The position numbers and the translations under genes were made by a program. Below the pieces are notes generated by a model. The model did no database searches. It saw nothing but the letters and a program-made list of their open reading frames with translations, and was not told the origin of the DNA. Below are positions 28,591-36,658 of a DNA stretch of 63,320 bases, piece by piece (within the stretch, counting starts at the first letter, position 1; every line of letters starts with the position of its first letter). Origin of the DNA: a virus (taxonomy: Duplodnaviria > Caudoviricetes); the IMG/VR virus record IMGVR_UViG_3300033153_011833, positions 1 to 63,320 of that record; one strand, 5' to 3'.

Positions 28591-29961
28591 ATGGCTAAAC
28601 TCAAAAAACTACAATACCAAATAGAAGCCGTACGACTAATGGAACGATACAAAGGACGGGTTCTGCTAGCAGATGAAATGGGATTGGGAAAATCAATAGA
28701 ATCGTTGCTATGGGCAAAACGACACCCAAAACTTCGTCCCATAATAGTTATTTGCCCAGCAACTCTCAAATGGGTATGGAAATCTTTTGCAAACCAAATT
28801 TTGAATACGAGATGTGATGTATTAAACGGCACCTCCCCACCAAAATCAAATTGGGCATACAACCATTCTTTTCTAATCATCAATTATGATATTTTGCCGT
28901 ACTGGAAAGAACACCTTAAAAAATTAAAACCAAAGGTACTATTTGTAGATGAGTGCCATTATATTAAGAATCACAAAGCAAAGCGAACCAAAGCTGTCAA
29001 ATCCCTAGCAAAAGATATTCCATACATCATAGCTATCAGCGGGACACCTTTAACTAATAGACCTGCTGAACTATGGAACACCTTACGACTTGTAAGACCA
29101 GACCTCTTCAACGATAAACTAACATTCACAATTCGATACTGTAATCGTAAATGGACTCCTTGGGGATGGGATATAAGCGGGGCTTCGCATTTAGAGGAGC
29201 TTCATAAAAATCTCAAAGCAACTATGATGATACGTCGATTAAAAAAGGATGTATTAAAAGAATTACCAGATAAAATTAGAATCACTGTCCCATTTGAAAT
29301 TGAAAGAGCCGAATATGATGAAGCAGTGAATAATTTTTTAATGTGGTTATCAAAAAAATCAATTGCCAAAGCCAATCGAGCATCAAATGCTCAACAACTT
29401 GTCAAAATGGGGTACTTAAAAAGATTGGCTGCTCATCTTAAAATGAAATCTGTAATATCCTGGGTTGATAACTTCCTAAAAGAATCCGACGGAAAATTAG
29501 TATTGTTTGCAATTCACAAAAGTATAATAAAAACTCTTCATAATAAATACAAAAACATCAGTGTAATTATTGATGGCAAAACACCCAACATACATAGAAA
29601 AAAAATTGTTCGTAGTTTTCAAACCAATCCACACATAAGGATTTTTATAGGCAATATCAAAGCAGCCGGTGTGGGGATAACATTAACAGCAGCAGATTCA
29701 TTAGCTTTTGTTGAATTAGATTTTGTGCCCGGAAATCATACTCAAGCCGAAGACCGAATTCACAGAATAGGACAAAAAAAAGCAACCAACATATATTATC
29801 TAATAGCAAAAGATTCAATTGAGGAATCGCTGTGCAAAATCCTGCAAAAGAAACAAAAAATAATCAACTCCACTTTGGATGGAGACAAAAAGAAAAGCCA
29901 ATTAACCACATTTAACGAGTTAAAAAAAGTATTCATAACATCAAAAAGAAATAAAAAATAA
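28591..29961 (+). CDS. SNF2/HARP-like helicase
   Basis: LADEMGLGKS, DECH, SGTP and QAEDRIHRIGQ motifs. Confidence 0.92.
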   Translation: MAKLKKLQYQIEAVRLMERYKGRVLLADEMGLGKSIESLLWAKRHPKLRPIIVICPATLKWVWKSFANQILNTRCDVLNGTSPPKSNWAYNHSFLIINYDILPYWKEHLKKLKPKVLFVDECHYIKNHKAKRTKAVKSLAKDIPYIIAISGTPLTNRPAELWNTLRLVRPDLFNDKLTFTIRYCNRKWTPWGWDISGASHLEELHKNLKATMMIRRLKKDVLKELPDKIRITVPFEIERAEYDEAVNNFLMWLSKKSIAKANRASNAQQLVKMGYLKRLAAHLKMKSVISWVDNFLKESDGKLVLFAIHKSIIKTLHNKYKNISVIIDGKTPNIHRKKIVRSFQTNPHIRIFIGNIKAAGVGITLTAADSLAFVELDFVPGNHTQAEDRIHRIGQKKATNIYYLIAKDSIEESLCKILQKKQKIINSTLDGDKKKSQLTTFNELKKVFITSKRNKK

Positions 29962-29962
29962 A

Positions 29963-30835
29963 ATGGACTTACTCAAAATCTTAACATCTTTTGATATACC
30001 ATATAAAACAGAAGGACATCACCACTGTCGTGAAGGATGGATAAATATTGATTGTCCTTTTTGTGGAAAAGATACTCACAAATGGCATATGGGATATTCA
30101 ATAGAAGGAAATTATTTCAATTGTTGGCGATGTGGTCATCATCGTCTAATTGATACCCTTATGGAAATAACTGGATTATCATATGCAAAGTGCAAATCCA
30201 TTCTCAAAAACACAGAACCCACCAAAAAGAAAAAGAAAAAACCAATTCACGGTCAATATAAACCACCATTAGGAATAGGCAAACTGCTAAAAGCCCATCG
30301 TAAGTATTTACACGATAGAAATTTTAACCCCCAAGAATTAGAATCCCTTTGGAAAATAAAAGGAATAGGAATAGCAAATAGATTATCATGGAGGATTTTC
30401 ATTCCCATCATATATCATAAACAGTTAGTCAGTTGGACTACTCGGACCATTTCAAAATCAAATAATACCACTAGATACATAAGTGCTTCCCCAAAAGAAG
30501 AATCTATACCCCATAAAAACATTCTATATGGAGAGGATTTTGTTAGAAAAACAATTATCATTACGGAAGGTCCTTTTGATGTTTGGAGAATAGGACCTGG
30601 GGCTGTTGCAACTTTGGGAACCAACTACTCCAACGAACAAATGTTTAGGATGACAAAATATCCCAAAAGAATTATATGCTTTGATAATGAACCCGTTGCT
30701 CAAAAACAGGCTGAAAGGCTTTGTGCAGACTTATCCGTCTTTCCAGGGGATACCTTCAATCTTCAATTAGAAGCAAAGGACGCAGCTTCAGCCAGTATAA
30801 AGGAAATTAAAAAAATAAAAAATCTTTTAGAATAA
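29963..30835 (+). CDS. DNA primase (Zn finger + TOPRIM)
   Basis: CPFC...CWRC, TEGPFDV and CFDNE motifs. Confidence 0.88.
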   Translation: MDLLKILTSFDIPYKTEGHHHCREGWINIDCPFCGKDTHKWHMGYSIEGNYFNCWRCGHHRLIDTLMEITGLSYAKCKSILKNTEPTKKKKKKPIHGQYKPPLGIGKLLKAHRKYLHDRNFNPQELESLWKIKGIGIANRLSWRIFIPIIYHKQLVSWTTRTISKSNNTTRYISASPKEESIPHKNILYGEDFVRKTIIITEGPFDVWRIGPGAVATLGTNYSNEQMFRMTKYPKRIICFDNEPVAQKQAERLCADLSVFPGDTFNLQLEAKDAASASIKEIKKIKNLLE

Positions 30836-30845
30836 TTTATTTTTC

Positions 30846-30874
30846 TTGCAATTAACAAAATCCATTATTACAAT
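30846..30874 (+). promoter_or_regulatory. Sigma70-type promoter upstream of the initiator gene
   Basis: TTGCAA-17 bp-TACAAT. Confidence 0.7.
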
Positions 30875-30996
30875 ACTGGAATGGTGTACAAACAAAACGA
30901 AACAACTCGACAAAATAGAACCTACTGGAGACACCTCCCGGACTCCCTAGTCCTTTTGTACACCTATCTCCAGTAGGTTTTTAAGGGATATCAAAA

Positions 30997-31698
30997 ATGA
31001 AAAATGAAAAGTCTTATTATGCCGTTATACCTGCTCCTGTCAGATATTGTCAAAACCTGTCTCCAAATGCAAAATTACTATATGGCGAAATAACAGCACT
31101 ATGTAATAAGGAAGGATATTGCTGGGCGTCCAATAATTATTTCGCCAAATTGTATGGTGTTCATACTATAACAATCAGTAGATGGATTAAGAATTTGGAG
31201 GATAATCATTTTATAATTTGTAAAATGAAAAATAAGAATAAAAGAAGAATTTATATTCATGAACCCTTAGCAAAAATGCTAAGGGGGTTTAGCAAAAATG
31301 CTAAGGGGGTTAAGCAAAAATGCTTAGGGTATAATAATAATATAACTAATAAAACAAATATATCTGTTAAAATGATTGATAAAAGATTTGCCATGAAATT
31401 ATTTAAGTTAGTACGGGCTAAAAGAAAAATAAATATCAATCATCAAAAATGGTCCTGTCATTTTGCAAAATTAAGGGTCAAATCTGGAATAAAAAAACAA
31501 AGAATTGCCAAGGTATTAAATTGGTATGAAAATCATATTGGAGAAAGATTTGTGCCTGTATCATATTCAGCCGGAAGTTTTTGCAGTAAATTTCTTAGAA
31601 TAGAAGATGCCATGAACCGATACATTGAAAATATCGAATCTGGCGAAGCTCCTCTTGTGTATAAAAAACGTATTGTAAAACATACGATTGTCGATTAA
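30997..31698 (+). CDS. Replication initiator (HTH_36-type N-terminus)
   Basis: YYAVIPAPVRY...AKLLYGEITALCNKEGYCWASNNYFA; internal iterons. Confidence 0.85.
   Translation: MKNEKSYYAVIPAPVRYCQNLSPNAKLLYGEITALCNKEGYCWASNNYFAKLYGVHTITISRWIKNLEDNHFIICKMKNKNKRRIYIHEPLAKMLRGFSKNAKGVKQKCLGYNNNITNKTNISVKMIDKRFAMKLFKLVRAKRKININHQKWSCHFAKLRVKSGIKKQRIAKVLNWYENHIGERFVPVSYSAGSFCSKFLRIEDAMNRYIENIESGEAPLVYKKRIVKHTIVD
31264..31360. repeat. Putative replication origin: three palindromic iterons at 22-bp period plus AT-rich tract
   Basis: TTAGCAAAAATGCTAA at 31267 and 31289, TAAGCAAAAATGCTTA at 31311, then an A/T-rich run. Confidence 0.75.
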
Positions 31699-31719
31699 AT
31701 CAAATATAGGAGTAATGCA

Positions 31720-33120
31720 ATGCGAATAGAGAAAAAAAACAGCAACAAAGAACGACTCATTTTAATAGGAATGATTGTTGACATAAATGTTCTTGGACGC
31801 ATCAATTCTAAATGGCATCAAAACATGTTCAAAAGCAAATGGGCTAATATTGTAGCTAAATGGTGTATCTCTTTTTATCGAAAATATGAAGAAGTGCCTA
31901 TGAATCAGATTGAAAGTTTGTTTGAATCTTGGGCTTCTGAAACTAAGGATAAGCAAATCATATTATTGGTGGAACGTTTTCTTGATTCATTATCAAAAGA
32001 ATATGAAGAGCTTCAAACAGAATCAAACAGTGATTACATTATAGATATTGCAAGTGAATACTTTAATCAAGTAAGAATAGAACGGCTTATCGAATCCCTA
32101 CAAGGAGACCTAGATAATAATGAAATAACCAAAGCCATCAATCGTACGATATCTTTCAATCAAATTGAAATGGGGGTAGGTGAAGGTATAGATGTTCTTC
32201 AAGACAAGATAGCAATAAAAGAAGCCTTAAGAAACAAAAGAAAATCCATTATAGAATTTCCAGGTGCTTTGAATAGGTTTTTGCAACACTCATTTGAACG
32301 AGATTCTTTTATAGCATTTATGGGTTCTGAAGGCCGGGGCAAGAGTTTTATTCTTCAGGAAATAGCATGGCAGGCAATGTTGCAACGAAAGAAGGTGGTT
32401 CTATTTGAGGCGGGAGATATGAGCCAAAACCAAATAATGAGGCGGTTTTTAGTGCGAGCAGCAAGGCATCCGATATTTCCTAAAACAATTGAATACCCAA
32501 AAGCCATTTTTGTAGATGGTAATGGTGAAAAAGAAATAGAGTTTGAAACAAGAAGATTCAAGGAAAAATTAGATTTTAAGATAGCTATGAAAGCTTGTGA
32601 AAGGATTATGAAAAGGAAAATCAAAAGCAAGCATTCGTATCTTAAATTATCAACCCATCCTAATTCAACCCTATCCGTAAATTCTATTCGTAGTATTTTA
32701 GAAAATTGGGAGCAGGAAAATTGGGTGCCTGATGTAATTATAATAGATTATGCCGATATTTTAGATATGTCCTACCCCGGAATGGAAGGACGTGACCGTA
32801 TAAACGAAACATGGAAGCAGTTACGAGCTTTATCACAAATTTATCATTGCCTTTTGATAACAGCCACCCAAGCCGATGCCGCCTCTTATGACTCCAATTT
32901 AATACGAAGGAAGAATTTTTCTGAAGATAAACGAAAATATGCTCATGTGACTGGTATGATAGGGATAAATCAAACGGAGGAAGAAAAAAAGCTAGGAGTT
33001 ACCAGATTAAATTGGCTCAAATTGCGAGATGGGGCATATTTTGAAACCACTTGTGTTTATTTGGTCGGTTGTTTAGACATAGCGAACCCAATGATAAAAA
33101 GTGCTTGGAAAGGGGATTGA
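31720..33120 (+). CDS. DnaB-like replicative helicase
   Basis: GSEGRGKS, IIIDYADIL, TATQ and FSEDKRK motifs. Confidence 0.88.
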   Translation: MRIEKKNSNKERLILIGMIVDINVLGRINSKWHQNMFKSKWANIVAKWCISFYRKYEEVPMNQIESLFESWASETKDKQIILLVERFLDSLSKEYEELQTESNSDYIIDIASEYFNQVRIERLIESLQGDLDNNEITKAINRTISFNQIEMGVGEGIDVLQDKIAIKEALRNKRKSIIEFPGALNRFLQHSFERDSFIAFMGSEGRGKSFILQEIAWQAMLQRKKVVLFEAGDMSQNQIMRRFLVRAARHPIFPKTIEYPKAIFVDGNGEKEIEFETRRFKEKLDFKIAMKACERIMKRKIKSKHSYLKLSTHPNSTLSVNSIRSILENWEQENWVPDVIIIDYADILDMSYPGMEGRDRINETWKQLRALSQIYHCLLITATQADAASYDSNLIRRKNFSEDKRKYAHVTGMIGINQTEEEKKLGVTRLNWLKLRDGAYFETTCVYLVGCLDIANPMIKSAWKGD

Positions 33121-33121
33121 T

Positions 33122-33286
33122 ATGGAAGATAGAACTGTACGAGCATTTGTAGAGGAATCGTTACTCAATAGGAGAACGTCCCGCCAAATCTTAATAGTGA
33201 CAAAGAATACTAGGTGGGCATCGCATATTAAGGAAGTAAAAAAGGTGCTTAAGAGTTTTTCTGGAAAAATTAAAAAAAGATTTTAG
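33122..33286 (+). CDS. Small hypothetical protein
   Basis: 54 aa directly after the helicase. Confidence 0.45.
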   Translation: MEDRTVRAFVEESLLNRRTSRQILIVTKNTRWASHIKEVKKVLKSFSGKIKKRF

Positions 33287-33316
33287 ATTTTTGATGGATA
33301 AGGCAATAATAGAATA
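33285..33316 (+). promoter_or_regulatory. Repeated phage promoter-like motif AGATTT-TTG-N10-CAATAATA
   Basis: Same spacing recurs at 34701(+), 44627(+) and ~17787(-), each just upstream of a gene start. Confidence 0.6.
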
Positions 33317-33351
33317 TAGGGGCAAAAAGGGATTTTGAAAAGGACGAAAAA

Positions 33352-33804
33352 ATGAAAGATGAAATCAAAAGAGAACTTAAAAAAATTAAAAAACAACACG
33401 GTGGATTGTTAAGAGCTCGTGATGTCGTTAACTATGCAAGGGATAGTAAAACAGCTTTACACAATTGTTTTGAATGGGACGACAAAATAGCTGGTGAAGC
33501 ATATCGCATTCACCAGGCGAGAAGGATAATAAATGTACATGTCGAAATGATGCCAAATGCAACAGAGCCTATGAAAGTTTTTGTTAGCCTAAAAAAAGAC
33601 AGGTGCAAACCTGGAGGGGGTTATCGAGAGATGAAACGTATTATAAAGGTAAAGCCCTGGAGAGAGGCTTTGTTTGAACAGGCGTTAGATGAGTTAATAT
33701 CAATAAAAAAACGATACAAACAAATAAGAGAAATTGTAATTGCTGTAGAACCTGCTATCGATGCAATTATTAAAGCCAAAAAACAAGAAAGGAAAGTTGG
33801 GTAA
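33352..33804 (+). CDS. Candidate accessory protein of the Cas7-like/GGY-NN locus
   Basis: VV..AR....LH..FEWDD..A...YR..QAR.II motif; its stop codon overlaps the first GGTAAGGCAGG delimiter. Confidence 0.6.
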   Translation: MKDEIKRELKKIKKQHGGLLRARDVVNYARDSKTALHNCFEWDDKIAGEAYRIHQARRIINVHVEMMPNATEPMKVFVSLKKDRCKPGGGYREMKRIIKVKPWREALFEQALDELISIKKRYKQIREIVIAVEPAIDAIIKAKKQERKVG

Positions 33805-33919
33805 GGCAGGTGTGGTACGGTAAGGTTGGGTGGGGTCTGGTCCGGTACGGTGTGGTCAGGTAAGGCAGGTATGGTGCGGTGAGGTCGGGTCTGGTGGGGT
33901 GGGGTGGGGTAAGGCAGGT
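33800..33919 (+). ncRNA. GGY-NN pentamer array, units 1 and 2 (candidate guide RNAs)
   Basis: Strict GGT+NN periodicity, with GGTAAGGCAGGT delimiters starting at 33800, 33859 and 33908. Confidence 0.75.
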
Positions 33920-33949
33920 AAATTCTAACATTTTGGAAAGAACAGGAAA

Positions 33950-34612
33950 ATGGCAAAGACAAAAAAGAAAAAAGCAGAAAAGGTTGATGGGGTTCATCTT
34001 ACAATAGCTCCCCCAAATATGGAAACGGGACGATTTCTTATTAGGGGGACATCGCCTTTGGTTATGAATAAATTCTCACACAAAGCAAAAGTGGAGATGA
34101 TGGAAACACAAAAGGCAGGAAGCACAGCAAAAAAAGGAAAGAAAAGGGCCCCAAAAGATTTTAAGACTATGTGTGAAGCAGCAAAACATATATCTACTCA
34201 AGGATGGTGCGGTATTCCTGCTCCGGCTTTCCGCAATGCAATGGTTTCCGCTTGTAAGATTGTGGGGTTTGCTATGACCCGTGCAAAATTATCTGTGTTT
34301 ATAGAAGCAGATGGTTTTGATAAAGATGATGGCACTCCCCTTGTAAAAATCACAAAAGGCAAATCCAAACGATTGGACCTTCCTGTACGAATAGCAATGG
34401 GGTCAACCGATATTCATTCTCGTCCAATGTGGGAACCTGGTTGGGAAGCTCTTGTTCGTATAAGATATGATGCTGACCAATTCACATTGGAGGATATTTC
34501 AAATCTCCTTGTTCGTGTGGGTATGCAAACAGGAATACTTGAAGGACGTCCTGACAGCAAATCCTCTTGTGGGATGGGTTGGGGTTTGTTCGATGTTTGC
34601 GGAACCAAATAA
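33950..34612 (+). CDS. Solitary Cas7/RAMP-like protein (Vipr-like)
   Basis: IRGTSPLVM beta1, GIPAPAFRNAM helix, SRPMWEPGW and G-rich loop GMQTGILEGRP...GMGWGLFDV; no other cas genes seen. Confidence 0.75.
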   Translation: MAKTKKKKAEKVDGVHLTIAPPNMETGRFLIRGTSPLVMNKFSHKAKVEMMETQKAGSTAKKGKKRAPKDFKTMCEAAKHISTQGWCGIPAPAFRNAMVSACKIVGFAMTRAKLSVFIEADGFDKDDGTPLVKITKGKSKRLDLPVRIAMGSTDIHSRPMWEPGWEALVRIRYDADQFTLEDISNLLVRVGMQTGILEGRPDSKSSCGMGWGLFDVCGTK

Positions 34613-34615
34613 TAT

Positions 34616-34676
34616 GGCAGGTGAGATTAGGTATGGTAAGGTCGGGTAGGGTCGGGTAAGGCAAGGCAAGGCAGGT
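34616..34676 (+). ncRNA. GGY-NN pentamer array, unit 3
   Basis: GGCA GGT GA GAT TA GGT AT GGT AA GGT CG GGT AG GGT CG GGT AA GGC AA GGC AA GGC A GGT, starting just after the stop codon. Confidence 0.72.
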
Positions 34677-34776
34677 AAAGCTATTTTCAAAAAAGATTTC
34701 AGATTTTTGGTAAAAATCACAATAATAAATAGGAGAATAATCCCCACAACAAAATTTTATATGGAAAGGGCAAAAC

Positions 34777-35388
34777 ATGAAATTAACCGTTAAAAAAGAA
34801 ACTGTTATAGAACTATTTGAAACAATAGGTTTCAAAACAGTTAGAACCAAAGATGACGAATGGCTTTTGAAAAAGGCAAAAGAACTTCCTGAAATTGTCA
34901 ATGCTGCCAATGTTAAAAACCCCAAAATGAAAAGACTTTTGAAATCATTAGCAAATGCTTCCGAAATTGCTTTCAAAGACGGAAAGAAAAAGGTTTCAAA
35001 AAAAGAAGATAAAACACCGAAACCAACGAAGGCAACGAGGACAAAAAAGAAAATCAAACAAACTGAAAAAAAGACAGAACCAAAAAAGAAGAAAACCAAG
35101 CAAACTAAAAGAAAAGCTGTGAGTAAAACCAACGGAGGGAAGAAGAAAAAGACAACAAAGAAAACAAAAGCCAAGAAGACAGAATCTACTGGAAAAGATA
35201 TCTTTGGCACTCGTCTAAGTAGTAAGATGTCAAAAGTTAATAAATGCTTGAATGAAAACCCAAAAAGCATGAAAGAGCTTATGAAGCAATCTGGGATAGA
35301 AACATCTTTTTACAATCATCTTAATGGACTCGTTAAAAAAGGTCTGGTCCAAAGGGATGATAACAAAAAGTATTTTTTGAAAAAGTAA
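34777..35388 (+). CDS. Lys-rich histone H1-like protein with C-terminal winged-helix-like region
   Basis: KKTKQTKRK-type tracts; PKSMKELMKQSG...FYNHLNGLVKKGLV. Confidence 0.55.
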   Translation: MKLTVKKETVIELFETIGFKTVRTKDDEWLLKKAKELPEIVNAANVKNPKMKRLLKSLANASEIAFKDGKKKVSKKEDKTPKPTKATRTKKKIKQTEKKTEPKKKKTKQTKRKAVSKTNGGKKKKTTKKTKAKKTESTGKDIFGTRLSSKMSKVNKCLNENPKSMKELMKQSGIETSFYNHLNGLVKKGLVQRDDNKKYFLKK

Positions 35389-35471
35389 TACACAAAAAGG
35401 AATTTTGGCAGTAGGAGTGTTTCTGACACAGACTGAAACGTGGGTTAAAGCCCCACCTGCCTTTTACTATT

Positions 35472-36581
35472 ATGAAAAACCATAAAATAGATATATTTGG
35501 AAATGTGGTAAGTAAAAATCCTTTACTAAGGGATGTTTTTATTATGCCCCCATTTTCTGTCATGGACGCTCGGGAAGGGAATTGGCAAAAACGGAAAAGA
35601 CAGTGGATTGAAATAGGAATTCAAAGTGAGTTGGGAAGAGGGGAAGACATTCTTTTTGATAATGGCCGTGTGCGTGATTTAGACTACTATAGGAAAAGAA
35701 ACAAAGCATGTCCAGGAGGTTCCCCACGACTGGCCTGTGATTATTCTAATAGGGAAAAAGGGGATGGTAGAGGAAGACCCCTTGTCCATTCAAAAAAACT
35801 TACAAAGAAAAAAGTGAATGGATTAACATTTAGCAGCACCGGTTTCATGGCAGATATTATAAATAAAAGGGGAGGTGGGACTTCTATCTTTGACCCTGTG
35901 CTATGTGAGCTTATGTATAAATGGTTTTGTCCTGCTAACGGAAAAATATTTGACCCATTTGCAGGAGGTAGCGTTAGGGGTATTGTTGCAAATTATTTGG
36001 GTTACCACTACACAGGAATTGATTTAAGTAAAAACCAAATCGAGTCTAATAGACAACAAGCTCGAAAGATTCTAAAAGGTAACGAGCCCAAATGAATTAT
36101 AGGGGATGGAAGGGATTGTTTGTCATTGGCAAAAGGAAAATATGATTTTGTTTTTAGTTGTCCCCCATACGGGGACTTGGAAGTATATAGTGATGATAAA
36201 AGAGATTTATCTACATTAGATTATCCTAATTTTCTAAAGGGGCACTCTAAAATAATAAAAAGAAGTGTTATGATGCTAAAACAAAATAGATTCGCTTGTT
36301 TTGTTGTGGCCAATATACGAAACAAAAAAACGGGTTTTTATAACACGCTTGTGTCTGATACAATCAAAATTTTTCAGAAGGCGGAGGCTTTTTTCTACAA
36401 TGATATTATTTTAGTTACAGCCATAGGAAGCCTGCCTGTTCGAGTCAGTAAACAATTCAAAAGTGGTCGTAAAACAGGGAAAACACATCAGAATGTTCTC
36501 ATTTTTTACAAAGGGGACACTAGAAAAATAAAAGAGAATTTCAGGGAAATTGAAAAAGTCAGATTGGAAAAGGGGGATTGA
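35472..36581 (+). pseudogene. N6A/N4C DNA methyltransferase interrupted by one in-frame TGA (36093-36095)
   Basis: DPFAGGSVRG before the stop and FSCPPY after it, in the same frame: NEPK*IIGDGRDCL. Confidence 0.75.
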
Positions 36582-36658
36582 TGAATTCACTCCTACCAAA
36601 TAAAGAATTACAAAAAAATTAAACAAGAAATCATTTTTTGATTAAGAAAGGAAAAGAA

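Noticed and set aside
33800-34676. GGT-NN arrays as a CRISPR array, simple microsatellite or coding sequence (ORFs 33621..33962, 33770..33997, 34467..34649, 34499..34747)
   Set aside because: There is no 25-40 bp repeat/spacer structure. The NN positions are too diverse and the delimiters too regular for slippage. The overlapping ORFs are low-complexity by-products. A G-quadruplex role is not excluded but does not explain the delimiters.
36093-36095. Genome-wide TGA recoding (code 4 or 25)
   Set aside because: Many genes end in TGA with ATGA overlaps (1467, 5197, 10170, 54513) and long genes are intact in code 11.
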